Source of the DNA: Leucoraja ocellata
Taxonomy: Eukaryota
DNA length: 64,000 nt
Assembly (NCBI GenBank): GCA_036785375.1
Contig: JAWMAR010000594.1
Coordinates: forward strand, 744,001-808,000
Direction of reading: 5' to 3'
Of this stretch, positions 47,150-60,056 are shown in pieces; the stretch's first letter is position 1, and each line of letters starts with the position of its first letter. The position numbers and the translations under genes are program-made. The notes below the pieces were generated by a model. The model was not told where the DNA came from, did no database searches, and worked only from the letters and a program-made list of their open reading frames with translations.

Positions 47150-47760
47150 GGACGTCAACAGCTTCAAGTTCCTGTGTATATACTTCTCTGATAATCTGTC
47201 CTGGCCCTGCCACAAAGAAAGATCACCAATCCATCTACTCCCTCGGATATTTGACGAGATTTGGCATGTCGCTGAATACTATTACATTGCTACAAGTATA
47301 TCATTAGGAGCGCACAGGTAGGTTGTACAGTTGAGGGCATACAGGCAGGTTGCATTCCAGCCTGGTTCAGTAACTTGAATGTTCAAGAAAGAGGCTACAG
47401 AAAGTGGAGGACACTGATGTCTTTCATGGATACTGACCTCCTCACCATCGAAGGGATCTACAGAAAATTCTACCTCAAGAAGGTAGCTAATATCATCAGA
47501 CCCACATCACCCTGGCCATGGTCTCTCTGCAGCTATCATAGGAAAAATCACTCTGCACAACCCAATCAGCACTGAACCACTCCAGGCTTTGTTACTCTAC
47601 ATACTTGGGTTTTGCACTATCATTATATATTCACTGAGGAAAATCTGATAATTTGTATATTTGTGGACGTTGCATCAAATATGCTTGTAAAGCTGCAACA
47701 AGTACAGTATTTAATTGTTCCAGTTCATGTCTGATGCATATGACAAATAAACACTGTTGA
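47150..47760 (+). mobile_element. Old Rex1-like LINE 3' fragment
   Basis: VNSFKFLCI..SDNLSW; tail tgacaaataaa. Confidence 0.55.
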
Positions 47761-48429
47761 TTCTTGTCTTGAATATTGTGATTTGAACAGCAGCTTAAAG
47801 TTATTTGGTGGTGTTGTTGCCTCAGCTGAGCCATGCAGACAGATGCTGAAGTATTGTAAAGGACTGGAGTTCATGATGAAAAACTAAAGCCTGGTTCACA
47901 TGATAACTGTGACAGAGGCTTCTTGTCCTCTTGTGTGGCAAGTCACCGCCTCTGGTTCAAAACCAAATAATTCAAGGCACACCCCAAAGTTTAAATAAAG
48001 AGATAACTTTATTCTGTACCTGTCCCTGCTGCATTCGGAGAGACAAGCAACTGCTTATTGCATCGACAAATAAACTGGTAGAGGAACTCAAAGGGTCAGG
48101 CAGCATTTGTGGAGGGAAACTGACAGATGGCATTTCAAGTGAAGCTGCATCTGGCCTAGGAGTATATGACATAACATTACAGAGGCAGTCTTTCTCTGTC
48201 CCTAACACTGCACCAGTGTGTGAAGGGTGTGCTTTATATATAACCTTATGCCATATCTGGAGAGGCAATGTTTTTATAAATTTGTAGAAGAAACTTTTAC
48301 TCTAAATCTAAAATGAAAGTGTTATGGCGAGACACACATTTGAGAATAGTGATCTTTATTGGCAGATACAGAGTCAGGCACTCGCGCGCTGAGAGTGAGC
48401 ACTGAGTCGTTGCAGTTGGACACACCTGT

Positions 48430-50270
48430 GACTCATGATGTCATCTTCCCGCCAAACGCAGTCACGTGCCCGTCCCTGTTCTATAACTGGCCTAACCATC
48501 AGACGGCGCAACATGACCCCAACCCCAGAACTGGAGTAACAAAAACGAACAGGCAGATGAACGAGGTGGCCGGACCTCATACACACATCACCCGAGGGTG
48601 GAGACACAACCGTTGAAGGCAGGAGCAGCCAGGATGGCGGACGCCCCCGCTGACGAGGCAGGGCTACCTGTACAGGCTGAGCAATGTCCAAATGGGCTGG
48701 CTTAAGGCGAGCCACCAACACAGTCTCCCGCCGGCCCCCCACGTCCAGCACAAACTTCAAGATGGCGGATGTGCGTGAGTGGGCGCCGTCTGTATATGGC
48801 AGCCTGCCCGCAGTCCGTCTCTACACCTTTATTTATTTTAAGTCCTGTTAAAAAATGTTAGTGGAGGTCTTCTATGTGGGGGGTGTGGGTGGGGAAGGGG
48901 GAAACTTTATTTCTTAGTCACCTACCTGGTCGGAGAGGCAGCATCCCTCCAAGCTGCTTCTTCGCCCCATCCTCGCGGCCTACCATCGAGAATGGAGCGG
49001 CGTTTCCTGTCGGGACCGGCCGGGACTACAGCTTTGGCGGCGGTGGCGCAGCGCTCGGATACCAACACGGAGCGGGCCCATCTGTGGCCGTCGATCCCAA
49101 CATCGCGGAGCTGGGTCTGCGGGCGTCCGGCGCTGGATTTGGAGCGCCGCAGAGCCAGGGATCGAGTTCACCGGGGTTGGAGCTCCAGCCGGCGTGGCAT
49201 GAGGACTACGAGTGCCCCGGTCTCCAGGGAGGAGGCAGCCGCTCCAGACTTTTCCAAGCCGCTGAGGAATGTTTCACCCGACGCTGAAGTTCCATCTTCA
49301 CGGCAAGAGGGCCCTGAAAATCATCGGACTGACTGCACGGCCACAGATGGGCCCCGACCATCGGGTGTTACGGAGGAAGAGGACTTAACTTTCTGGTGCC
49401 TTTCCCCACAGTGGAAAGTTTTGATTCTGCAGTGGGGGGACGTTTGTGTTGAACTCTATAATGTGTTGCGTCCATTTTATTCATTTTGTTTTAACCTTTT
49501 TCTATGGTTTGTAATGGAACTTATTATTTAATTTATGTAAAGCACTTTGGTGTCAATGCGAGTTGACTTAAAACGTGCTATATAAATAAAACTTACTTAC
49601 TTACTTACAAAAGTCGAAACACCACGCTGCAGCACCCGAAAAGGATGGGTCGTTGCAGCAGCAGTGAGCATCCCGACATAGGAACACAAACAGGCTGAGA
49701 TCTGAGAACAAGCTTGAGATCTGACGGGACGTGCGAAGGAACCATCCCATGATGAGACATGGGAATAGGACAGAGCGTGCCCACCTTCTCCCGTAACTGC
49801 ACCAACAGGGACGAGGGTGGTTCCTGCTGCCCACGTGCCGCCGGACGAAAATCCCCCGGGACCGTAAGCGGGGCACCATACAACAATTCGGCAGAAGTAG
49901 CTTGATCCTCCTTCGGGGCAGTGCGAATACCCAACAGAATCCACGGCAACTCGTCTATCCAATCCCGACCCGTGTGCCACGCCTTCAAGGAGGCCTTAAG
50001 ATGATAGTGAAACCGCTCGACCAAACTGTTAGATTGCAGGTGATAGGCCGTGGTTTGATGTAGATGAGCTCCCAACAGCCGGGCCATGGCAAACTACAAC
50101 TCGGAGGTGAACTGCGCACCCCTGTCCAACGAGATGTCCACCGGCACACCAAAACGGGCGATCCAATGGGCACATGACACCATCTTCCCGCCAAACGCAG
50201 ACATGGGCCCGCTCCAGTTGTACTAACGAGGGTTTGATCTATAACTGGCCTAACCACCAGATGGCGCGAG
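48430..50270 (-). mobile_element. Internally deleted Gypsy LTR element (integrase C-half between two LTR remnants)
   Basis: TTAYHLQSNSLVERFH..LKASL, WIDELPWILLGIRTAPKED, PFRVLQRG..FVLDVGGR.ETV...RLKPAHLD; direct LTR similarity 48436-48513 vs 50174-50267. Confidence 0.82.
48757..49607 (+). mobile_element. GC-rich SINE-like retroposon with L2-type (ACTT)n tail, inserted in the Gypsy integrase
   Basis: Second copy of the 9364-10243 family; interrupts the integrase frame; probable TSD ACAAA. Confidence 0.8.
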
Positions 50271-51296
50271 TGTTTGCATTTTTCAGTGTTAAAATGTGCT
50301 ATATTTAACAAGCTTTACCTGCCCAGGAATTGGTGAAGGGACATAGTAGGAGGGTTTACTCTATATTGAATTCTTACAATTCTTGTCCTTGACAAGATTG
50401 TACAAAAGGCACTATTTCCATGTGCAACTCATAATGTGCCTGATCTGGATATACAGTGCCCTCCATAGTGTTTGGGACAAAGACCCATAATTTATTTATT
50501 TGCCTCTGTACTCCATAATTTAAGATTTGTAATAGAAAGAAATCACATGTGGTTAAAGTGCACATTGTCAGATTTTTATACATTTTGGTTTCACCATGTA
50601 GAAATTACAGCTGTGTTTATACATAGTCCCCCATTTCAGGGCACCATAATGTTTGGGACACATGTCCTCACAGATGTTTGTAATTGCTCAGGTGTGTTTA
50701 ATTACCTCATTAATGCAGGTATAAGAGAGCTCTTGGCACCTAGTCTTTTCATCACCTTTGGAAACTTTTGTTGCTGTTTATCAACATGAGAACCAACGTT
50801 GTGCCAATGAAAGTCAAATAAGGCATTATGATACTGAGAAACAAGAATAAAACTGTTAAGAGGCATCAGCCAAACCTTAGGTTTACCAAAATCAACTGTT
50901 TGGAACATCATTAAGAAGAAAGAGAGCACTGGTGAGCTTACTAATCACAAAGGGACTGGCAGACCAAGGAAGATCTCCACAACTGATGACAGAAGACTTC
51001 TCTCTATAATAAAGAAACATCCCCAAACACCTGTCTGACAGATCAGAAACACTCTTCAGGAGTCAGGTGTGGATTTGTCAATGATCAATGTCTGCAGAAG
51101 ACTTAATGAACAGAAATATAGAGGTTACACTGCAAGATGCAAACCACTGGTTAGCGTCAAAAATAGGATAGCCAGGTTACAGTTTGCCAAGAATACAATA
51201 CAATACCATTTATTGTCATTTGAGCCTGTGAGGCTCAAACGAAATTCCGTTTCCACAGCCATACAAACAAAGACAATTTCCTACAGAAATACACAC

Positions 51297-51498
51297 TGTA
51301 ACAATAGGATTGTTTATTTAAGTACTGTTGTACAGGGGACTGTTTTAGAGGTGACACCGCGCTCGCGGCCCAGTTTTCAGATAACGTTACTAAGGCAGAG
51401 AGGTGACAACTGCACAAAGACAATAAAGTTCAAGTAAGCAAGACTGCTTTAATCGTCCATTATGTATCGTCCACATAGAGACAGAACATAATGAAACA
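51297..51498 (+). repeat. Gypsy 5' LTR
   Basis: TGTAA...AAACA ends, AATAAA at ~51422, directly followed by a PBS. Confidence 0.7.
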
Positions 51499-51516
51499 TG
51501 GTGGCAGCGGTGGGAT
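51499..51516 (+). promoter_or_regulatory. Primer-binding site (tRNA-Leu-like)
   Basis: TGGTGGCAGCGGTGGGAT, complementary to a tRNA-Leu 3' end including CCA, immediately after the LTR. Confidence 0.75.
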
Positions 51517-51635
51517 GGACGTCGAAAATTGTCAGAATTAACGAGAAAAGTGAAAGTTCAGCTAGCTAGCAGCAGGCTAACATTAGCCTTACAGAAGCCG
51601 GCGAAGAAAAAAAAAACAGCAGCTAGCTGACAGCG

Positions 51636-52364
51636 ATGGAAGGGCTAAAACCCCCTGGAACTTTGGTTTTGGACTACAACAACTTGGCGAAGTCATGGAA
51701 AAGTTGGAAGGAGTTCACACTGTACATAGACCTTACCATGCCAGACGCCGTAGAGACCACAAAAGTCAAGCTATTCAACTATCTCATCGGAGAAAAAGGC
51801 AGGGAACTTTGGGCAACTTTGTCGAGTGTTAGCCCTTCAGCGAGGACCACAGTGAGTTCAATGATCATACAGTTTGACGAGTACTGCAACCCAAAGGTAA
51901 ACGAGACTGTGGAAAGGTACCGATTCTTCATGAGGAACCAAGGATTGGATGAAAACGTGGACAGCTATGGAACAGACTTGAAAATACTTGCTAGTAGTTG
52001 CAACTTTGGGGACATTAGAGATTCATTGATTAGAGATCGACTTGTGTGTGGTACAAATAGCTCAGCACTGAGGGAGAGATTATTCAGGGAAGAGAAGCTG
52101 ACTCTTGAGACATGCCTGCACATTTGTAGAGCTACAGAGCTGTCAAGGGAGAATAGCAGAACACTGCAAGGACAGACAGTGGAGGAGGTACATGCACTGA
52201 AACAGGCAGAAGAGAGACAAAAAAACAATGAGATACTGTGCAAGTTTTGTGGTAGAACACACGAGAGGAATACAAAAAAATGCCCAACTTTTGGGAAAAA
52301 GTGTAAGAGGTGTGGAAAGGAAAATCATTTTGCAGCTCAGTACAGATCGAGACAAGAGCAGTAG
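51636..52364 (+). CDS. Gypsy retrotransposon gag (element truncated before pol)
   Basis: W..WKEF..Y, YCNPKVNETVERYRFF.R.Q, CNFG...DSLIRDRLVCG, C-terminal Zn knuckles CKFCG..H..C / CKRCGKENHFA. Confidence 0.85.
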   Translation: MEGLKPPGTLVLDYNNLAKSWKSWKEFTLYIDLTMPDAVETTKVKLFNYLIGEKGRELWATLSSVSPSARTTVSSMIIQFDEYCNPKVNETVERYRFFMRNQGLDENVDSYGTDLKILASSCNFGDIRDSLIRDRLVCGTNSSALRERLFREEKLTLETCLHICRATELSRENSRTLQGQTVEEVHALKQAEERQKNNEILCKFCGRTHERNTKKCPTFGKKCKRCGKENHFAAQYRSRQEQ

Positions 52365-53939
52365 GAAAACTAAGAATGTGCATGCAGTTACAAAACAGAC
52401 TAGTGACAGTGACTCTTATGAGGATGTCAACTGTATAACTGAAGCAAATAGAGAGGATGAAACTAAACCAGGTTAAAAACAGCCACAGTCTGTCTAAACA
52501 CTGCTGTAATTTCTACATGGTGAAACCAAAATATATTAAATTGCCTTTATTAAAATCTGACAATGTGCACGTTAACCACATGTGATTTTTTTCTATTACA
52601 AATCTCAAGTTGTGGAGATCGGAGGCAAATAGATAAATAATGGGTCTTTGTCCCAAACATGAAGAATGCTTTGCTCTGTTTCTATTGTGTACTTCCCTAG
52701 TTCTGGGTATATTTGATGAGACAATGCAAAGGTATACACCTTGCTTTTTAGTTTTTTTCATTAGACTCACTCAATTGCATTGAGCATTGCAAAAATGGAA
52801 CAAAACAAATATTGCTTGGGTGAAACTCAGAATTAAACTCTTGTTTAGCATTTCAGATTCCAGAAAATCTTTGTTGAAACAAACTTCCAGTCAAATATGA
52901 GTCATATTAGATGCAATGTGAGGTTACTCAGCAATGCTTTATCGTCTCCCTTTCAATTAATTCTTTTGTCTCCGTTCTTATCCGGATCTTTTTGGTTATC
53001 TTGCCTCCTACTTTTTTTAAAGTAATTTGATGGGAGGTTAAAATTATTCTTTTTCATTTAACTGCAAATTCCTCAAGTGTTGTTAGTGCTATATTTGGCC
53101 TGGAAGCTTTGATAATATAATCCAGAGATGTTCTACCTGAGGAGTGTTTAATAGGGCAGGGACGGAGGGTTTTATTCTGCATTAAACCTAGGATATACCT
53201 CCAGTACAAGATAGTTTTACTTTGTATCAAACAGGTACTGTACCCAACATAACGGCGTCTGACACGAGAGGCAAGGGATTTTTTTCTGCATCTAATTTGC
53301 GCTGTACCTGACCTAACGGTAACTGAACCTGAAATGAAGGGTGGAATAATAAATAGTCAGAGTTACACAGCATGGAAACAACGTGTCCTTGCTGACCAAG
53401 ACCGCAGCTGCCTGCACCTAGTCATAACCTATCTTTGGTCATAACCCTCTCTAAACCTCTAATGTTCTTTGTCTTCATACTACATGGTGCACACAACAGA
53501 ACCGAGAAAAGGGTGTAGAAAGATACACAGTTATGGTTACATAGTTACCTGATGTAATCTGATATTTAAAGTCTCTGATGGATTATTCTAAAAAAAGATC
53601 CTTTTGTTGCAGAGTTCTAAATTGCCTGGAAACCTGTTCCTGTACACTGGAAGGACTGTGGGTCTACACCATGTAGCAAGAATGCCACCTGCTGTTGGAG
53701 GGTGAGCAGCAGACTTGGTTAAGTTGATCAAAGCTCTCACATTTTGAGTGGGTTTATGTAAATGCTGTTTGCTTGCTATTCCTGGGTAGTGTGGGGGAGA
53801 GGTTGAAATAAGCCCCTCAATGAAACAACTTCTGTAATCATCAACTGCTTGTAATTTGAGTGTGCCATTTAATAAACACCAAATTGCAGAACATTTGTAA
53901 CTGAATCCATGGCAATGATGTGCTCAGCAGCATTTGCCC

Positions 53940-55850
53940 TCTGGAAATTCAAAGTGCTGGGCGATGGGAGAACCATGGGAGAACAAAAGACTATTTGCAG
54001 CCATGTTGTAACAGGCCTAGAAGTGAGCTGTCTAGAGGGCTGCAACTTTATAGAGCTGCAAGAAGTGTTTTCGCGAAAGACTATTCCAGCTAATAAAAGT
54101 AACATCCCACTACAAAAGGATGTGGACAAGTGGCCTCATCTGGAGCGAGTGCAAATCCCTCATATCAATACGGAAATAGGTCTGCTGATTGGGCCAAATG
54201 TGCCTAAAGCAATGGAACCAGAAGAGGTCATCAGGAGTGTAAATGATGGGCCTTACGCTGTAAGGCCAATCCTTGGATGGACAGTGAACGGACCCCTAAG
54301 GGAGGGTTACTGCGAAGCTACAAGAGGTGATGCGGCAAATGCCATATCAAATAGAATACCTGTGGCCAAACTATGGAATCAACAGTTTAAATATGACTTT
54401 CCTGAAGGTGGCCAAGAAGGTGGAGATGTCAAAAGAAGACCTTCAGTTCATGGACAATGTGTCACAGTCCACCAGGCTGGTAGAGGGACATTACAGTATT
54501 GGTTTAGCACTGAAGAACAAAGAACGTCGAATGCCCAACAACCGGGTTATAGCAGAGCAGCGTGCCTTGAACCTAAAAAGGAAGCTTCTCAAGAATCATT
54601 CATTCCGTGAAGATTACATCACCTTCATGACTGACATGATTGACAAGGGCTATGCAATGAGGGTTCCTGATGCAGACCTCAGCCGCAATGATGGTAAGGT
54701 TTGGTACATTCCCCATCACGGAGTGTACCATCCTAAAAAAACACAAGATCCGTGTGCTATTTGATTGTGCCGCTTCTTATCAGGGAGCCACACTGAATGG
54801 GGAGCTTCTTCAGGCTCAGTCGAGCAGCCATGCCAGAAGAATCCAAACACCCTGCCATCCTGGGTAAGGACCAGCGGGTGTCAGAGCTCATCCTGCAGGA
54901 GATCCACCAAGACGTAGGTCACAGTGGACGCAACCATGTTTTATCCAAAGATGGCAGACCTGCCACAAAACAGAGTGATAGCAGATGAACTGCCCTTTAC
55001 TGGAACTGGAGTGAACTATTTCGGTCCTTTTGAAGTCAAGCGTGGAAGAGCTATTGTAAAGAGAAACTGTGTCATCTTCACCTGCTTAGCAATTCGAGCT
55101 GTTCACCTGGAGATGGCAGCTTCCCTTGACAATGACTCGTTCGTTAATGCAATAAGAGGTCAAGTTGTAAAGCTGCGTTCGGACAATGGGACCAATTTGT
55201 TGGGGCTGAGCGAGAGCTCAAAAAGGCTCTCCACAAGTGGAACACTTCAAAAATAGAGGACACCTTGCTTCTGTGAGGCATTAAGTGGATGTTCAACCCC
55301 CCTACTGCCTCTCACCAAGGAGGAGTATGGGAGCGTTTAATCAGGTCCATCAGAAAAATCCTCAATGCCACCTTAAAGACGCAGAGACTGAATGAGGAGA
55401 GCCTTCAAACGTTTCTTTGTGAGGCTGAGGCCATCATAAATAGTCATCCCATTACTACACCTTCAGCGATCCAAACGACCTTGAGGCGCTCACCCCAAAC
55501 CACCTCCTACTATTGAGGACTAAGCCATCCATACCTCTGGGAGTCTTTCAGAAAGAAGACCTCTACACACGCCAAAGGTGGCGGCAGGTCCAGTACATGG
55601 CAGACTTATTTTGGACGCGCTGGGTGAGAGAGTACCTGCCTGAGCTCCAAACACGGCAGAAGTGTCACGAACCTTTGTGCCTGGGGACATTGTTTTGCTT
55701 GTGGACGAGACTGCACCAAGGAACTCATGGGTCATTGGCAGGGTCATCCAGACAGTGCCAGATGAACATGGTCGTGTTCGTGTGAAGACTAAGACCAGTG
55801 AACTAGATAGACCCATCGCCAAGGTTTGTCTTCTTGTAGAAGCAGTTTGA
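53940..55850 (+). mobile_element. BEL/Pao pol remnant (peptidase-adjacent region, RT start, large deletion, integrase)
   Basis: IGLLIG.N.P, WYIPHHGVYHPKK..IRVLFDCAA, MADLP..RV..PF..TGV.YFGP, FTCLAIRAVHLE, SDNGTN, GGVWERLIRS, FW.RW..EYL. Confidence 0.9.
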
Positions 55851-57944
55851 GATGAGGCAGTGCTCTCCTACGGAATGTCAAGTGCTAGCGACATGTTTGG
55901 AAATAAATCAGTTTTTGTTCAACTTAACCACGGAGTCAAGTGGATCACTGGAATTACGGTACATCGGTACGATTCGCATAAGCCGTGATTAGCAGCTAGT
56001 TCATTCTGCAGTAACACCATTGTTTCAAGTCTTCATGTCTTGGTATATTTTGATGACCAACAGGCATGGTTCCATGTGTAAACGCTTCAGATATTGGTAT
56101 AAAATTATCTTTGTCCAAATTGGATATCTCCATACTCGTAATATAATGACTCCTGCCCTCTTTATCGTTAGTCATGGTAATCAAATCTTAGTCTCTTCTC
56201 CTGCGATGCTCAGCCTTCTCGACAGGTTTTCTGTGCAAAAGTTAGTTGAACTTCCGTGATCCAGAAAAGCATATGTTTGCAACACTGTATTCGTGTTACT
56301 GTTCCTTACCTGTACTGGTAAGATAGAAAAATTACAAGCTTCAATCCAATATGAGCAGTTACTTGAGGCGAGGTGATAGCATCACTAATAGTTGGCTTGT
56401 TCTTCTGTTCCATTTGCTCCGGTGCATATTCTTCTATTTGCTCTGATAGCTCATCATCTGTTTGTTCCAGTTCTTCTTCTTCCCAATGCTCTGGTAGTTC
56501 TTCTTCGATGTGAAGTGCTTCAGGATGATATTGCCTGCACTTATAACAAATCATAGGACTCTTACAGTCTCTCACCATGTGTCCTTTTTCAAATATCCAA
56601 AACAGATTTCCTTCTCCTTCAAGAAATCCATGTTGTCTTCATATTCTTTCATCTTGAATCTTCGACACTATCTTACGGTGTGACTAACTTCATCACATAA
56701 CAAACAAAATACTATTAGCTTGCTAGTAGATACATTTCCTTTCATTCCATCTATCGTTTCCACAGGTATGGTTGTGATAGCAAAAATACTTCTCTTAGGT
56801 TCTGATCTTTCTTCAGTTTGGTAAAGGTAGAACCGTTGTTAGTTGCAATCAGATTGTAATCTTCAATAGTCCCGTAGTGTGACTCTAACATGTACCATAC
56901 TTCATTGTCCAAGAATTCCACCAGGTCTGGTAGCCTGGCTACTTGGTTCCTCTCATCCATTATTTTGCCTGCTTTATATCTCCACATATGGCTGAGATTT
57001 TTCATCGAGCTGCAACAATCTCTCAGAAATATTGCATAATCACTCAATGCCTCCCCATCTTCCGGCTTGATTTCTTTCCAAGCATGGGCCTTCTCCATGA
57101 AAGCGTTAGCAATTCTGTTAATTACCAAAACGTTTTTTATGTAATCTTCTCACCTTTTTATAGCCATGGCTGCTGGCTCCTTTTGACAACTTTCTACAAG
57201 TACCTTCACCAGAAATCGTAAGCGTTCCTTTTCATCCGTAGCTTTTGTTTCTAATACTTCTTCTAATGCCCTTACGAAAGCTTCATACTGCAAAGGATCT
57301 CCACCATATGTAGGAATTTCTGCTGGTGGTAGAATGAGAGAGGTATTTTGTCGAGCTATGAATTCAGTTTGACTTTTCACCAATGCCAATAACCCATCCT
57401 GATAACCTTGGCTTGGCTCCACCTGTTGAGAAACAGGCCTTTGTGATTCATATTGGCTTGCTTGTGTCTGTGCACCAGGGCTCGGACAAGCTATTGGTTC
57501 GTCTCGAGTATCCACAGATGCTCCATTAGTAATTTGTTTCATCCAGCACCCATTTGCTGAGATGAAGTTTCACCCATCTTCCTCTGTTGCAATAGGTTTT
57601 CAAAGCCATGAAATACGGTGGACCTCAATTGTGGAATTGATTAAACTGCTAATTCACCGAGCAATCTTTCTTCCCAAATTGGAGTTCATCACCTTCGATG
57701 TTCTCGAACTGCATCTTGACACCTCACTTTCCAGTAGCTCCTTCTTTGCTTTGGCCACCGCTATCTTTGTGTCTAGTTTCAGTTGTTCCTCCCGTCGCCT
57801 CAGCTCTTCTTTTTCCCGCTAAATTTCATCTCATGGCCTCCGCTTCAATTGAGAGAGCGGCTAGGTCAGCTTCAACTCCCAATCGAGCAGAAGCCCTTGA
57901 TACCAAACTGGCTGAAGATCAAACTGGCTGAAGAACCAAATTTA

Positions 57945-58440
57945 CATCCTGAACTATCTGAGCTGCTACTGCGGCCTCTGCTGCTGCTGTCGGCTTTTTT
58001 GGCCGCAGACTTTGCAGGCAGTGAAGAAGACGTGGCCTTTGCCATTCGTAGTTGGGCTACAGGGGTCTTCAACTGAGGCACTTCGGCGCTTGATGATTCT
58101 TCAGTACTTTCAGAATCTGACTCGCTGAAACTGGCCGCAGGCTTCTGAGTGGCAGCAGCCGCCTTAGCCAGCGTTCGTCTGTGCAATTGTTGTGGCAGGT
58201 TTTAGGGGTGCCTCTTCATCACTACTGTCTGAGCAGTCGTCTGACAAGTCACTGAATTTCCATTTTACTCACTCCTGCAGCTGGTTTCTTCTTGGTCACA
58301 CCTGCTTTTCCATTCTGAACTTTGCGAGGTGGTACAGCACTGTACGAACCTTGTTGTGCTTTGGTTTTCGCAGGAGACTCATCATCTGAACTGTCAGACT
58401 CTTCACTGCTTGAACTTACGTCTTCCATTCTGGCACCTTG
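57945..58440 (-). other. NOLC1-like: NOLC1/Nopp140-like acidic-serine/basic repeat segment within BEL gag
   Basis: SSSSEESDSSDDESPAKTKAQQGSYSAVPP..NGKA..; KAAAATQKPAA..SESDSES; LPAKSAAKKADSSS. GSYSAVPP recalls NOLC1 GPYSSVPPP. Confidence 0.6.
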
Positions 58441-59321
58441 TTGCTTCGCACTTCCAGCTACTAAGTTCGTAAATTGTAGTATAATTTCAGATAACCATTT
58501 CTCTGCCTTATCCACAAAACCATTGAATATCTACAACCTGTCTTCTTCCCATTGGGTGTGTCTTCTGCGTTCTTTCCGAGGTGGCTGTGAACACAGCAGT
58601 ACTTCTTGTCTCTTGCCAACCTCCTGGCAGAGGTTCAATAGTTGGTACATATTAGATTTTGCCTGTTTCTCAATTAATCTGGTAATCTGTTTCCATATTT
58701 TGTTTCTCTCCTTCTCGGTCTCTTTCAAACAGGTAGCTTGTGAATTATCTGTTTCTTCTCAAGCTAGAACTTGGCCTTTCTCAGTGAGTTTAAGTTGTCC
58801 AATTGGTCTTTCATCACCACCTCGTGGTTCCTCAGGCGTAGCACTTTCTTCATCTTCTGGATCCATAATTTTAAAGAGGTCTTGGCAGATCGCCAAGTCT
58901 TTAAATTTAACGAACAGAGTTTTCTGCATGTAGTTCTAATTTTGTTTTGTTAACATTTCCATCAGAACCATAACAAACTGATATTGTAGAGAACATCTCT
59001 CCAACATCCATGGGCTAAAAGATGACGATAATTCAAAAGGAATGCGTATTTATCAAAAGATTCAAAACAATCCAAAGTCGGTCTCGTTTCTCCAGCCAAA
59101 CTAAATAATTTATTTTTACTCACAATTCTGTGAGATATCTTCAGATAAGTCTTGTTACTGTCAATAGACCTCAAGGCTTTCTCAGGCCAAGATCTATTAT
59201 CTTCAGTTCCTCGGCAGGAACCTGACTTCTGGCCTAAACCTCTCCGAGATCTTAGCCAAATCTTCTGTCCCACTCTCTGGTACTGGTATTCACCCCCGCC
59301 CAGAGGTCTCCTTTGACTTAA

Positions 59322-59800
59322 TGTAGCGGCAGATTTTTATATCATTCAAGAAATTAGTCTCTCTAGCCGCTAAATGGACAGCATGGTTAAGGGGAATGTC
59401 TCCGTATGCATGCGAGCTCACCATCAGAGACCTTCAGAGCTTCTTCACAGATAAGTCTTCCAAAACGGCCTTTTGATTAATAAATTCTTTATTGTTGATA
59501 AAAACAATAAGGTACATCCAAACTTCTTCCGACTCGTTACTATAATCTTCATCGGACTCCAGCTTATTGTTTTAAACGTTAGAAAACTCTTTGTGTCTCC
59601 ATTACACTTCGCATGGTCGAAGGGTAAACCTTCTCCATGCTGGTTCCAAACTAAAAACTAAGCCTCTGCGCAAGATTCACGGCCCCAAAACACGCCCTAA
59701 AATATGTCATAAATCCCACCCACAATATAACGGTAAGTCTAAAATTTAAACACACATGCCATCATCAATGACATGCAAAACAAGTCAAATGGCCACTACA
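59322..59800 (-). repeat. BEL/Pao 5' LTR
   Basis: Bounded by short inverted termini TGTAG(C/T)GGC...CTACA, upstream of gag. Confidence 0.6.
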
Positions 59801-60056
59801 GTAGCATCTTTATTCACGATAGGAAAAAACATACTCGTTTTGTAAACGGTTTTTGGAAGCAGATTTGAGTCAGATTTTGCAATATAATTGTCAATAGGGA
59901 ACAATTGTTTTAAGAAATATTTCCCAAATATTACACAGAAATTTATTTTTTCTCTTCAAGTGGATCCCATTTTGTGAGAACGCCCCTTCATGTTTTCCTT
60001 TCTAATAACTGTTGAAGATTATTTTTACTTTTTATTTTCAGATTCTATTCTGAGCA

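Larger units (their letters stand above)
50454..52660 (+). mobile_element. Tc1-like DNA transposon remnant (IR/DR type) containing nested inserts
   Basis: TA|CAGTGCCCTCC start; ~170-200 bp inverted repeats (50454-50660 vs ~52504-52660); decayed paired/HTH transposase N-terminus 50786-51192 (GRPRK, RRLNEQKYRGY.ARCKPL). Confidence 0.85.
56000..59800 (-). mobile_element. Second BEL/Pao element, 5' part (LTR, gag, protease), decayed
   Basis: LPPAEIPTYGGDPLQY..F, Zn knuckles (GHMVRDC; CYKC..YHP..LH), YAFLDHGS protease motif; LTR at 59322-59800. Confidence 0.85.

Noticed and set aside
58322-58933. 203-aa plus-strand ORF
   Set aside because: Antisense shadow of the minus-strand BEL gag region
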